The notes below the pieces were generated by a model that worked only from the letters and a program-made list of their open reading frames with translations, was not told the DNA's origin and made no database searches. A stretch of 64,000 bases of DNA. Source: a virus. The number at the start of each line of letters is the position of its first letter. The first letter of the stretch is position 1. The DNA lies in IMG/VR virus record IMGVR_UViG_3300025141_000029, positions 32,001 to 96,000 of that record; one strand, given 5' to 3'. The position numbers and the translations under genes were made by a program. Below are positions 9,709-20,068 of this stretch, one piece after another.

Positions 9709-10883
9709 TATATTTTTCTCATATCTCCAAAATTTCTACCCAATGAAACGTTTGTTTTAAATATTCCAAGATCTGTATTTGAAAATATTTCAATGATTTC
9801 ATTAAGTTTATGTCCTTCTGACTTACAAACATCAATTATAATACTATCGTGTATAACAAAAGCAATAAAAGATTTTTCAAGAAGTTTGTTTATTTTAGTG
9901 GCCTGCTTCAATACCAGATCGCTGGTTGTGCTCTGTATAATATAGTTCAGAGCTTTTCTTTCTTCAACGAGAATTTTTCGATCATAAAAAGTATTAACAA
10001 ACTCGCCATCGTAATAATAATCTAATATCTTCTCTTTGTCAAATATTTTTTCTAATTTCTTATTCGAAGCCTTCGTATTATAAAGCCAGGCAAATGTTTT
10101 TTCTTTGGATTTCTCTCTTGTAATCTTGTTGTTAAAGACATTTTCCAATATCCAATCATGAATATCAATTGTTGGCTGCTCCATCTTCAAGAGTCCAAAT
10201 GCAGTTCTCAACTCTGCTGAATTGTAATCAAGTTCCAAAAATAAATCATTTTGAGGCTCGATTATGTTTCTACTTTCTTTGTTAATCGTTAATATTGGAA
10301 AACTACTTGATGTTGTGGCCAATCGTCCTGTTTTGGTCTTCCATGGATCATAGCAAATTTTATTGGGCATATGTGGCTTCTTTTTTAAAAGGGCCCTCGA
10401 CTTTATATTTGTTGTTTTGATCGAATTCCAATTTAAATTTAAATCGGCACCCTCAATACCGGCAATCAACTCAACTATATCTTTCATTAAATCATAATTT
10501 TTAGGTTTCTCGTAATTTTCGAAAATCCACTGGCATATTTCATTTTTAATCTCGCAATATTGAAATAAAAATTTTTGAGGCACCAAATCATAAAAACAAA
10601 CATCGTTTAAATTAAGTTTAGCAACACCAAAGCTGGTGTAGAAAGTACGTAATTTTGCCTGAGCTGTCTCCCACTCTTTTTCAAGGTGTTCCGGACATAT
10701 TTCATCCAGAGTTTTTCCTAGTACATATATTTGTGCATAATCTATATTTTTATCAATTAATGCGGAATTTTGTCTCCAGGTCATAGAAAAATCTTCTTTT
10801 GCCTCGGGCCAAAATTGCTTTTTATGATAAAAGTTAATACAACCATTTTTATTATCAAGCGCTTGAAACAACATATAGTACAT
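9708..10883 (-). CDS. Minimal family A DNA polymerase-like protein (likely start MLFQ at 10874)
   Basis: KTGRL, motif A LELDYNSAELR, motif B REKSKEKTFAWLY, ALNYIIQST and motif C IHDSI. No 3'-5' exonuclease motifs are recognisable. Confidence 0.75.
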   Translation of the reverse strand: MYYMLFQALDNKNGCINFYHKKQFWPEAKEDFSMTWRQNSALIDKNIDYAQIYVLGKTLDEICPEHLEKEWETAQAKLRTFYTSFGVAKLNLNDVCFYDLVPQKFLFQYCEIKNEICQWIFENYEKPKNYDLMKDIVELIAGIEGADLNLNWNSIKTTNIKSRALLKKKPHMPNKICYDPWKTKTGRLATTSSSFPILTINKESRNIIEPQNDLFLELDYNSAELRTAFGLLKMEQPTIDIHDWILENVFNNKITREKSKEKTFAWLYNTKASNKKLEKIFDKEKILDYYYDGEFVNTFYDRKILVEERKALNYIIQSTTSDLVLKQATKINKLLEKSFIAFVIHDSIIIDVCKSEGHKLNEIIEIFSNTDLGIFKTNVSLGRNFGDMRKI

Positions 10884-10909
10884 TATAGCAACGATTTATA
10901 AAAAATCAA
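10882..10909 (-). promoter_or_regulatory. Sigma70-type promoter TTGATT-N16-(TGc)TATAAT for the polA-like/tubulin pair
   Basis: Extended -10 TGCTATAAT with a TTGATT -35 element. Confidence 0.55.
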
Positions 10910-12234
10910 TAAGATTTAAATGATACATGGCTCGTTCCAACACTCGTTGGAACAATATTTTGTGAACTTTTCGGAAAAGTACGTCCAGAATTTAATAAAA
11001 ACGCGGCTTCAGTGAGTTCATTTAAGAAATATTTTTTAATTCTTCGATTTAAAAACCCATAAGCATGATCAGGGCTTTTTGCCACATACAATGTTTTTGC
11101 TATCTTCATAGTATATTTTATATCTTCTTCCTTTAAATCATGTTTAAGTTCCAAAAGCCTGAATCTAAAAACTTTTTCCATCCAATAATCTTTATAATTG
11201 TAAACTACACTTTTTTCATAATCCGTGAGTTCTTTCCTGGGAACGCTTCTTCTTAGGAGACCACCAACGTTATTTCTACATACATAATAAGAAGATTCTG
11301 GATATTTCACTTTGTATTGGAGCAATGTTGTATACATCGCATACATATACTCTCTTATCAGGCTATAATCTAAAATAAATGTCTTTATATAATATTGATC
11401 AAAAAGATTTTTCGTACCATATTGATATGTTATATCAAAGGCCGGCTGAGCCATCATAATTTGCATTGATTCAGAATTTAAATTGGCTATTAAGCGCCAA
11501 GGAATATTTCTGTCGACCGCAAATCCAAATTTGTTTGCCAGATTTTTGAAAAAGCTAAAATTAATATCATTAACAAAAACATTTTGTTTTGGCAAATCAT
11601 CTGCCGGATTTGCTCCAAAAAATAAATCTATTATCAAGCCACTAATGTGGGGCGGCACTAAGTTACTTGTAACATAAGAAGAAAACGTAAACGGAGATCC
11701 GTGCGCCGTAACATTGTCTCGAATAAATATAAAAAACTCTTCCACAAAGTCATCAAAATTTGAAACACGATACTCTATGTTCCGATATTCCAGATAAGAG
11801 GTAAACATATTAAGCAAACTAGTCATATATCTATGATAAGGTTGATATGCCGCACTGAATGCTTGACCAGGAGTAAATTGTCTAAATACTGTTTGGTTAC
11901 TTGGTATTAGATTTTTTGCCAAATATTTATTCATTTCAATTAACAGTTGATTAAATGCCAATGAAACAAAATTTAAAGTATAATATGTTTTATTATCTTT
12001 TGCTTTTAGAGATCTCAGAAAACTTTCTCGCGCAACAATAATATTTCCTTTTCTATCAAGCCTGCCATATAAATTTCTATCATACCATAAATCAGCAGTA
12101 CCAATTTCAGGTGGGCGCTCTGCTTGTCCCTTATTAACTAAAATATCTTTTTTATATTTCTTTCTATAGGCATATAGATCAAGCGTATCTGATGTATTTG
12201 TTGCTAAAGATTTTGGTGGTAAATTTATTGACAT
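10906..12234 (-). CDS. Hypothetical protein (442 aa), last gene of the baseplate operon
   Basis: Long, closely packed ORF with no recognisable motif. Confidence 0.7.
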   Translation of the reverse strand: MSINLPPKSLATNTSDTLDLYAYRKKYKKDILVNKGQAERPPEIGTADLWYDRNLYGRLDRKGNIIVARESFLRSLKAKDNKTYYTLNFVSLAFNQLLIEMNKYLAKNLIPSNQTVFRQFTPGQAFSAAYQPYHRYMTSLLNMFTSYLEYRNIEYRVSNFDDFVEEFFIFIRDNVTAHGSPFTFSSYVTSNLVPPHISGLIIDLFFGANPADDLPKQNVFVNDINFSFFKNLANKFGFAVDRNIPWRLIANLNSESMQIMMAQPAFDITYQYGTKNLFDQYYIKTFILDYSLIREYMYAMYTTLLQYKVKYPESSYYVCRNNVGGLLRRSVPRKELTDYEKSVVYNYKDYWMEKVFRFRLLELKHDLKEEDIKYTMKIAKTLYVAKSPDHAYGFLNRRIKKYFLNELTEAAFLLNSGRTFPKSSQNIVPTSVGTSHVSFKSY

Positions 12235-12251
12235 ATATTAAATCTCTTTTA

Positions 12252-15200
12252 TTAGTAAATCAGGTCCCAAATATCTCCTATGAGAGTCGTTGGGTCGTCG
12301 TCGGCTGCGGCGTGAGCTACGGTTATAGTCTTACAGCCGCTATGGGTCCAGCCCGGGGTATTCATACAGTCGTCATACACTTGTTTTCTCTCCGGATCCA
12401 AGCCATTAATCCACTCTCGGTCGACGGCTGCGCCCATCTCGCCGGCAGTCCCCGGTGGCGCCTCCGGTGGAGGGCCAGTTGTTGGCGTAGTAGCGCCGCC
12501 CGTTGATGGGGGGCCCACAATAGTAGCCGACGTTAGCGCACTGCCGGCAACCTCTTCTTCTGAATCAGCGCATACACCATTTGAGTTAAACATACACTTG
12601 AGCTTTGTAACATAGCCGGACGGACTCAATTGCCCCGCCACATTAAAAATATTATAATAGCCACCCAACCCTATTGTGCGCGCAACTTCCGAATCGACGC
12701 CCATAGTTTTTGGATCCAAAAAAACATATTGACCATTTCGAAACATTGGGCAGCCAAATAAATCTACAGTAGCATTAAATTTTGCGAATAATTGGCCTAG
12801 GCCGGTCTGGCCATCATAAATCGTTCGGGCTTCAGTCGCATATTTTAAATCAGCGGCTTCAAATTTTATATTTTTTACAATGCCTCGATCAAGACCAATG
12901 CCCAAGTGATATATGCCATCTTTCTCATCTTCTACTTTATTGACTTTTCGCTTTATAAGATTTCGGGCTGCGCCATGGAGTATATTATAATGAAGTATTT
13001 TGTCAGAAGAAACGCCATCTAGTGGACGAGTAAAAAAGTCTGATATAGGTTGTCCCCGGGCCGATAAAACTCCGAGTTGGGAAGTAATTCTAGGATATTT
13101 CCATTCGGCGGCCGGCGTACGAAGATCCTCTCCTTGTGTTCGAGGACCGTCCTCCAGGACTCTGGTACCCGTCGCTGCCCTAGTCATGCGCGGAATTGGC
13201 TCACATTTCGAAACATCGCCAGGATTATGGCACTGACCGGCCGGTCTGTATTTGGTAGTAATTGAGGTGGTACTCAGAGCCGGAACGGGAGCACCGCGAC
13301 CGCCGATGCATGCGTCGCCCATGGCTCTAAAAAATAAATCATTCATGATGTCTTTGATATAATCTCCAACAAAATAACTCGTACGACCGGGTTTAATTAC
13401 ATGTTCTCTCCAGAACATAACAAATTGATCAAGTGACACCGGAATATCAGCGATGTTCACAGATTTGGGGCGTTCTTGAAAATCATGATAATCAATTTTT
13501 CCGGTACACAAACGCGAATTTGTTCCCGCAATAGTTGCCTGTTGGTTCGCCGCGTTGAGGCCAATATAATTTGGATTCATAAAATTAACGTAGTACATCC
13601 CCAAATCGAGAAGATCCCCCATAAATATAAAGGTAACAACGCGGCGGTTTGATTGTGCCATCGAGGATTGTATGAAACTCTCACAGTCGATGATCTCCTC
13701 GGCGTCCTCCGGCTCTTCGGCCTGATCAACGATAGGCTGCTGCGGATCCTCTCTGCCAAAATATTCGGATTCGCGACCTTCTTCGCGGGCTCGGTCCAGC
13801 GCTCGGCCGGCCTCTCGACTTATTCGACTAGTTTCACAATCAATGGCGGCGACCATTCCTCCTTCGGTACCGCGGGGGCCTCGGCCAATGCCTGGACGTC
13901 CATCAGGACCAAGCATACCAGAACCGCCCGTAAGGCCTTGGGTAGCCGGCGCGCCGTGGCCGCGCTTCGTGCGTCTGAGTGTAGTTAGAGTTTGATCCAA
14001 ATCTTTTACTAACATGGCTTGCGTCACGCCATGCCAAGAAGAAGAGGTATTTGCGGCTTCGCGTGCGCTGGCATAATCTTTGTTCTTGGCTTCGATTTCG
14101 CCAGGCTTGATTTGAGAGCCTACAGCCGGGTCCATCTGATCAACTGCCCTATATTGCTTAAGCGTATCGTCCCTCACATAAAATTGATAAACTTTTTCGT
14201 GCGCCAACAGATCTTCTAGAAATCTTCTATAAAAGTTAAGCCTGTGTATTTCAATTATGGCTTTTGTGGTCTTATCGACTGACTGTAATTCTCTTTTGGC
14301 TTGTTTTTTTATTGCCTCTTTTGATAGTTTTTTGGTCGCGCATGCACCGGGGAGTACCCCCGTCTCAACTTGATCAATCTTGTTCGAACGTTCTTGTTTT
14401 ATGCTTTCCTTTTTTTTGTTACCTCTCATGGTACGATCGCGGATCTGATCTTTTAATATGTAAAACATATCAGCAGTTGGCTCTGTTAATTCACCCTCAA
14501 GAGAACCCCTATAATCAATCGTTAAAGATACTGTTCCATTGTTTTTAAAATCCAAATTATAATTTATCATCTCTAAGAAAATATCAAGTTGTAGGTCTCT
14601 AATAAGATTTCGATCATCCTGAGAGAAAATAACGTCATCAGATGCTGGTGGCACTGCCCAGCCAACAGAAGCCTTAATTCTTCGATATTTTGGATTAAAA
14701 ATTAATTCACTGTTTGGCTTATATACATCACGCTCCTCTTTTGCTGTTCTACAAAAATTTAATATGTTATCGCTCGTATATGCTTTGTTATAATCATATC
14801 TGGGTATCATTCTTTTGGTACGAAGCAACAAATCTAAAAATGCGACACCATTGCGTTTTTTGGTAAGAGCTTCAAAATTTGTAAATACTAATTCTAATCT
14901 TGCCTTAATTGATTTACGAGTTGTCGCAGGATCTTTACCATCAAATTCATAATCAAAACTTTTTAATCCTATGCCATATGCCCTTCCTTTATGATTTGTC
15001 ATTATATCGTCGATGATATCGCTGCTGATATAGTCATCAAAAAGAAATTCTGAACTCGAAATTTCTTGTGGTAGTGGCCGGCCCTCCTCGCTCGACGCTG
15101 GATGATCTAGAACATTAGTATTTTGATTTTCATATTGAATCATAAATAATCTTATTTTAGGGATAAGAAACGATAATTGATGTGGCTTATATGTGAAGAA

Positions 15201-15536
15201 CTTCTCGGCGCCTGGTCGGTGAGCCAACTTACTAATAGCTGCAGCCGGATCTCCGCCGATCGGAATTAAATCATGCCATCGATTATTAAGATCTCCCGGC
15301 GGAAGGTAATTACGTATTACATCTTGAAAATCAAGTAAAAGGCACTGATCTTGAAAAGCGGCGATACGGCGGGCAGTCTCAGCGGCTTCAAAAGTTCCTT
15401 CATCATCATCTTCATCATCATCATCGCCCGGGTCGTCGTCGCAATCCTCGTCGGCTCTGATGAAACAATATTGACGCTGTTCTATAAAAAGAGGATCTAA
15501 TCGCTCTTCTATATCTAATTTATCAAATAAAAGCAT
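12252..15536 (-). CDS. Probable baseplate hub protein (gp27/late-control-D-like) with large insertions
   Basis: C-terminal RGIVKNIKF...ATVDLFGCPMF..GQYVFLD...GGYYNIFNV...YVTKLKC pattern. It follows the tape measure, tube initiator and LysM-like genes. Confidence 0.55.
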   Translation of the reverse strand: MLLFDKLDIEERLDPLFIEQRQYCFIRADEDCDDDPGDDDDEDDDEGTFEAAETARRIAAFQDQCLLLDFQDVIRNYLPPGDLNNRWHDLIPIGGDPAAAISKLAHRPGAEKFFTYKPHQLSFLIPKIRLFMIQYENQNTNVLDHPASSEEGRPLPQEISSSEFLFDDYISSDIIDDIMTNHKGRAYGIGLKSFDYEFDGKDPATTRKSIKARLELVFTNFEALTKKRNGVAFLDLLLRTKRMIPRYDYNKAYTSDNILNFCRTAKEERDVYKPNSELIFNPKYRRIKASVGWAVPPASDDVIFSQDDRNLIRDLQLDIFLEMINYNLDFKNNGTVSLTIDYRGSLEGELTEPTADMFYILKDQIRDRTMRGNKKKESIKQERSNKIDQVETGVLPGACATKKLSKEAIKKQAKRELQSVDKTTKAIIEIHRLNFYRRFLEDLLAHEKVYQFYVRDDTLKQYRAVDQMDPAVGSQIKPGEIEAKNKDYASAREAANTSSSWHGVTQAMLVKDLDQTLTTLRRTKRGHGAPATQGLTGGSGMLGPDGRPGIGRGPRGTEGGMVAAIDCETSRISREAGRALDRAREEGRESEYFGREDPQQPIVDQAEEPEDAEEIIDCESFIQSSMAQSNRRVVTFIFMGDLLDLGMYYVNFMNPNYIGLNAANQQATIAGTNSRLCTGKIDYHDFQERPKSVNIADIPVSLDQFVMFWREHVIKPGRTSYFVGDYIKDIMNDLFFRAMGDACIGGRGAPVPALSTTSITTKYRPAGQCHNPGDVSKCEPIPRMTRAATGTRVLEDGPRTQGEDLRTPAAEWKYPRITSQLGVLSARGQPISDFFTRPLDGVSSDKILHYNILHGAARNLIKRKVNKVEDEKDGIYHLGIGLDRGIVKNIKFEAADLKYATEARTIYDGQTGLGQLFAKFNATVDLFGCPMFRNGQYVFLDPKTMGVDSEVARTIGLGGYYNIFNVAGQLSPSGYVTKLKCMFNSNGVCADSEEEVAGSALTSATIVGPPSTGGATTPTTGPPPEAPPGTAGEMGAAVDREWINGLDPERKQVYDDCMNTPGWTHSGCKTITVAHAAADDDPTTLIGDIWDLIY

Positions 15537-15539
15537 TCA

Positions 15540-15881
15540 TTAAATTCCCAAAAACTGATATACAACTTCTAAAGGGCCCGGGATCATAATAAGATTTCCT
15601 GTTTGAACATGGGCTTCGGTGGGCTTTTGATTAAACCATCCAATAACCCACCACGCAGCGGGATCATCATAATAACTTGATGCTAATTTCCAAAAACGAT
15701 CTCCGGTTGTCCAGGTATGGTGTTGAACACTGAAACTACTCATTTGTTCTGTTGTTGGATATTGAAATCTTTTTGAGCCATAATGTGCTATAAAAGGCAC
15801 ATATCGATCTTTGAGTATTTTGCTATATATATCATTATTGTTCAGAAAAGTAATTCTTAATTTATCTCTTTCGATTGCCAT
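15540..15881 (-). CDS. LysM-like baseplate wedge protein (gp53/tail-X-like)
   Basis: HTWTTGDRFWKLASSYYDDPAAWWVIGWFN...GNLIMIP. Confidence 0.75.
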   Translation of the reverse strand: MAIERDKLRITFLNNNDIYSKILKDRYVPFIAHYGSKRFQYPTTEQMSSFSVQHHTWTTGDRFWKLASSYYDDPAAWWVIGWFNQKPTEAHVQTGNLIMIPGPLEVVYQFLGI

Positions 15882-15920
15882 AATATAACACCTCCCTGGC
15901 TATTGATTGTTTATCATATA

Positions 15921-16898
15921 TCAAAATGTTTGGAATGCTTTAGCGACGCCAAACATTTGACCCACCTCTGAATCTCTAAATGATCCTTCTGGTGTCACAA
16001 CTGCGCTATTTTGACATGTAGCATCTGTTGTGAGGCCTAGGCCGGTCACATAATCAGCTGCTTCACATTCTTTGGTCCCTGTTGCTAAGTCGGGCGGCCT
16101 CGTGGTACCAAAGTCACCGACGACGGCGGTACCGTATGGAAAATTTTGTTTTCTTCTTTCTATGCTTGTTCCAGATAATTTAAATCCCAGACCGTGCTCG
16201 TGTAAAACGTTAAATGAGCAATTTAAACTAAATTCCATTGGAATGAGTGTTCCCGAGGCCCCCTTATCATGAAAGCCGGCTTCAAAGTTTGGTGTAAAAT
16301 TAATCCCATCTAAATAACCAAGTAAACCTCCCGTTACAACATCAGGAAGAGGACCAAAGCTGGCCTTCGTTATTAAATTTCCAAATTTCATCCTCAAGAG
16401 AGGGGCGCCCACAATTTGACTGGCGCTGCCACCAGATTGTTCCTGATAAACAGGATATAACATGGTAATTAATCTACTTAATTTATCAAAATTACCCTTG
16501 GCCTCTTTATTATCATATGAAGGAACGCCAAATGAAACATTAAGTCTACGCGTAGTATTCTCAAATGTAGCAATTGGGTCCATACGTCCATATACGGAAT
16601 TTGGTGTCCATTTCGATGTATATTGATCGTCAAAAGCCGTTAAAAAAGCTTTAAAACTAACTACGAGCGGTTTTGATGTCCCTGACGCAACATAGAAAAA
16701 AGAAAGCTTTTGTTGTTTTCTGAAATACAGTGTATCAGTTGGATCAAAACTAACATCTTTCGCCGCAAGTTCAGAAGGCGGCGACGATTCACCACCAAAT
16801 GCAGCCGCAAGGCCTGCACCTATAGTACCGCCAGTCCGAGCACCAGAAGCAATACCTCCTACGGTGTCTCCGATATTAAAATCATCAAAAAATGCCAT
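15921..16898 (-). CDS. Tail tube initiator / baseplate protein (gp48/gp54-like)
   Basis: DQYTSKW...VYGRMDPIATFENTTRRLNVSF and PLLRMKFGNL; immediately downstream of the tape measure. Confidence 0.55.
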   Translation of the reverse strand: MAFFDDFNIGDTVGGIASGARTGGTIGAGLAAAFGGESSPPSELAAKDVSFDPTDTLYFRKQQKLSFFYVASGTSKPLVVSFKAFLTAFDDQYTSKWTPNSVYGRMDPIATFENTTRRLNVSFGVPSYDNKEAKGNFDKLSRLITMLYPVYQEQSGGSASQIVGAPLLRMKFGNLITKASFGPLPDVVTGGLLGYLDGINFTPNFEAGFHDKGASGTLIPMEFSLNCSFNVLHEHGLGFKLSGTSIERRKQNFPYGTAVVGDFGTTRPPDLATGTKECEAADYVTGLGLTTDATCQNSAVVTPEGSFRDSEVGQMFGVAKAFQTF

Positions 16899-16937
16899 TA
16901 TTATATACCTTGTTCTTATTCATTTAAATCTCCTGTA

Positions 16938-19463
16938 TTAGGATCCAACATCTTTTATCATCCCCATTAATCGTCCGGATATGTAAGGAAGTACCACTTC
17001 CGCCATGCGATAGCCATCAGCTTCCATTATTACCGTACGCGAACCTCCTCCTCCTCCGCCTCCTTTACCACCAGCCTCAAATGCCTTAGATAATTTAGTA
17101 AGTACGTGAATTAGTTTATCCATAAATTGTAGATTCTTTTCATCGACTTTTAGCTTCGCAAGTTGCACAGTATTTTTAAGAATACCTTCAGTTGCCACCG
17201 CTGCCGAAGCATCAATTTCAGATACTTTTGTAACCAAATGTGTTACCCGTATGATGCCAGCTGAATCTGGAACATCAAGATCAGCAAGAGCATCAGTCAC
17301 GGTTAAGAAATTACTTACTGCGCTCGATGTCAAGCTGCCAATACTGGAAAATAAAAAACCAAGAGCATTAATTTCATCTTCCGGCAATAAGGCGAGGGAC
17401 AATGCCAAAATGGCAAGGGAGCCGCCAATAGCCGCCATACCGGCGCCGAGGACGAGAGCACCGCCGGCCATGAGGAAGGCGCCGAGGAGGGTGGCTGCGC
17501 CGGTAAAAGCAGCTAACCACTTCAAGACATCCCATAATTTATCGGTATCAAGACCTTGCAAAGAAGAAAACATAAGACCAAAACCGCCGGCGAGGAGTCC
17601 GATGCCGGCAGCTGCTAAACCAATGCCAGCGCCTATTTCCAAAACAGCCACACCAAATGCTGCCATACCACCCGCAGCTCCGCCGGCTGCTGTTCCCAAT
17701 GCCGCTACAGGGGGCCCCGCGAGTCCGGACGCTAGCGCCTGTGCTTCTGTTGCTGCAGCGACGGCGGCCGTATTTGCCGCTAACGCAGCTTGAATGCCAC
17801 TAATAGCAGCTATACCAGCTTTCATAGCTGCCATTGCCTTGTATGCTCTTACTACTTTCCATATGATTCCAACGATACCACCAATGACGATGAGATAGGC
17901 TGCCCATGTATTATCCGATAACCAATCAACGACAGTTTTTAAGCCGTCCGCGAGCCAGGAGATCACTCTGACTAGATCATCTAATACAGGAGTGAGTTGG
18001 AGCAATAAAGCGTTAAATTTTTGACTCCAAGATAAGTTTTTAAAAGCTTCGCTGGAAAGATCTCTTAAGCTCATTTCGCCACCTTCGGCCAAAGCCTGAA
18101 GTTCATCGTAAGCTGATAAACTTGTATTAAATAATTTATTGGCCTCGGCCATATCTGTGATACCAGCAGCATTTGCAATTGCTTTTTGCTCAAAACGTCC
18201 AAGCTGATTGAAAGATTTTCCAGTGGCCGCAACTCCTTGTATCAATAATCTAACTCTTTCTGATTCTGTGGCAGTAACCATCTGAACTGTATCAAAATAA
18301 GCGCCGCCCAAAAGAGCGTTTAAGCTACCAACTTTATCGCCGGCGTCTGCAAATGTATCGAATCCTGCGACGGTATTCAAAAGAGAATCCATAGACATTG
18401 CTGTTGCCTTGGCTGCAGCCGAAAGATCTTTAAATTCTTGTTCCATTCTACCGCCATGAGCCATTAAAGTAGTAGCTGCGCGGCCATAATCTTCCATTAT
18501 TATGTGAGGCGGAACCTTTAATTCCATCGCGAGGCCCCTAAGATTATTTATCAGCTGTTCTGACTCTCTGCCTGTTTTTCCTTGGGCCGCTGTCATGACG
18601 TCAAAAGCCGTAGCAAAGCTGCGGGCTTCAATACCAAACATCGCCATGGTTGACGCTGTTGTCACTACACTTTCTTGGACGCTCTGATCATATTGTAAAA
18701 ATCTTGCGGAGGAAGTGCCCAACTCCTCATAAGTTTGGCCGACGTGCTCGGACGCAATACCAAGTTTCTTAACATTTCTGGTTACCTCGGCAACAGATCT
18801 AGTTATTTCTGGGCCCACGCCTAATGTCACCCTTAAGTCAGCGGCGACTTCAGAAAGTTTATTTACATAATCTAAGGCTTGGGCAACGATTTTTGTCATC
18901 AGAGAACCAAACATATTCATCGGATTCATTGTTTCCTTAATGTTCGAACCAATTTCAGACATTGCTTGACCGAGATTAACACCCTTGTCAAGAGCATTAA
19001 TTAGACTACCAGTGAGGCCGGCCGCTCTCCAATTATTATCGATACCAAGAATACTTCCGGCCGTCTGACCAAATGCCGAACCAAGATCTCTTGCCGCTTC
19101 TGTGCTCTGCATAAGCGCAGCCGTCATATCAGCTTGAGCCTCAGTTCTGCGCATCGTATCTCTTATTTCTTCATCGCTAGCGCTCTTAAGAAATTTAAAA
19201 TGCTCTTGTTGTGCTTCTGTAAGTTTTCCAAGCGCTTTTCTTTGCGCAAGAATCCATTTTTTACGTTCAACAGAGTCGGCAGCGCCGGATTGCATAGCGC
19301 TTATTCTTAGTTTGTTTTGCTCACGTAGAGCAGTAATCTGCTTTTCATACTCTTTTATCTCTATATCGATAAGCTTTATATTAGATTGCGTAATCTTAGC
19401 AATCTCTTTTTTAAGAGCAATCTCTTTTTCTAGAGAAATATTTGCATCATCTCGCGAAGCCAT
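16938..19463 (-). CDS. Tape measure protein
   Basis: 841 aa, Ala/Gly-rich and helical with hydrophobic segments; lies downstream of the tube and chaperone genes. Confidence 0.8.
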   Translation of the reverse strand: MASRDDANISLEKEIALKKEIAKITQSNIKLIDIEIKEYEKQITALREQNKLRISAMQSGAADSVERKKWILAQRKALGKLTEAQQEHFKFLKSASDEEIRDTMRRTEAQADMTAALMQSTEAARDLGSAFGQTAGSILGIDNNWRAAGLTGSLINALDKGVNLGQAMSEIGSNIKETMNPMNMFGSLMTKIVAQALDYVNKLSEVAADLRVTLGVGPEITRSVAEVTRNVKKLGIASEHVGQTYEELGTSSARFLQYDQSVQESVVTTASTMAMFGIEARSFATAFDVMTAAQGKTGRESEQLINNLRGLAMELKVPPHIIMEDYGRAATTLMAHGGRMEQEFKDLSAAAKATAMSMDSLLNTVAGFDTFADAGDKVGSLNALLGGAYFDTVQMVTATESERVRLLIQGVAATGKSFNQLGRFEQKAIANAAGITDMAEANKLFNTSLSAYDELQALAEGGEMSLRDLSSEAFKNLSWSQKFNALLLQLTPVLDDLVRVISWLADGLKTVVDWLSDNTWAAYLIVIGGIVGIIWKVVRAYKAMAAMKAGIAAISGIQAALAANTAAVAAATEAQALASGLAGPPVAALGTAAGGAAGGMAAFGVAVLEIGAGIGLAAAGIGLLAGGFGLMFSSLQGLDTDKLWDVLKWLAAFTGAATLLGAFLMAGGALVLGAGMAAIGGSLAILALSLALLPEDEINALGFLFSSIGSLTSSAVSNFLTVTDALADLDVPDSAGIIRVTHLVTKVSEIDASAAVATEGILKNTVQLAKLKVDEKNLQFMDKLIHVLTKLSKAFEAGGKGGGGGGGSRTVIMEADGYRMAEVVLPYISGRLMGMIKDVGS

Positions 19464-19475
19464 TCAGATAAACCC

Positions 19476-19790
19476 TTACTTAAAGGGCCACTTGATACCT
19501 GTGACCCGTTCAAAATTTCTTGTTGCGTTATTAAGCAATGCCTTACTATGATATGTACGTGGATCATTTAGGCCATACTGTAGGTATGCGCCCATATATT
19601 TTTTTTCTTTAACCAAGGTATCCAAAAAACTTTGGATATCTTGTTTTGAGCCCTTCACAGTCGTTGGCAAGCTAATACCGCCAAACATGGCACTCAGAAT
19701 TCTCTTTACTTTTAGACCCAGGTTACCAAGTGTTCGGCCGGCCGCCTCATCGATTGTACTTTTTGTTAAATCAATTTCAATAATTTCCAC
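19476..19790 (-). CDS. Hypothetical protein
   Basis: 104-aa ORF preceded by ACTATTTA at 19814-19821. Confidence 0.7.
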   Translation of the reverse strand: MEIIEIDLTKSTIDEAAGRTLGNLGLKVKRILSAMFGGISLPTTVKGSKQDIQSFLDTLVKEKKYMGAYLQYGLNDPRTYHSKALLNNATRNFERVTGIKWPFK

Positions 19791-19843
19791 GATTAAACCT
19801 CATAACGCTATTATAAATAGTATTTTAATGAAAATAAAGACTG

Positions 19844-20068
19844 TTAAGATAACGTATGAGTTTGTTTGCCGGAAGAGGCACCTTTACCACGGGCTTTCTC
19901 AATTTGCTCATGTTCATATTCTTTTTGTTGATTTAGCCTTTCTGTAAACCAATTTCTTAGTTTTACAGGCAGGTTATAAATCTCAATAAAGCTCCAATTT
20001 CCATGATATTTGAGAGCGAATGCTTGTTCGTATAAATGCTTTTGATAATTATGATCTAGGCCAAAAAA
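19844..20068 (-). CDS. Tail assembly chaperone extension (gpT-like), probably reached by frameshift
   Basis: The frame overlaps the end of the upstream gene at GAA TTT TTT TGG and has no ATG of its own. Product FFGLDHNYQKHLYEQAFALKYHGNWSFIEIYNLPVKLRNWF. Confidence 0.65.
   Translation of the reverse strand, partial: FFGLDHNYQKHLYEQAFALKYHGNWSFIEIYNLPVKLRNWFTERLNQQKEYEHEQIEKARGKGASSGKQTHTLS

Noticed and set aside
8848-12234. Phage nucleus (chimallin) system implied by the tubulin
   Set aside because: No chimallin-like or multisubunit RNA polymerase gene is recognisable here, and host-type sigma70 promoters are used.
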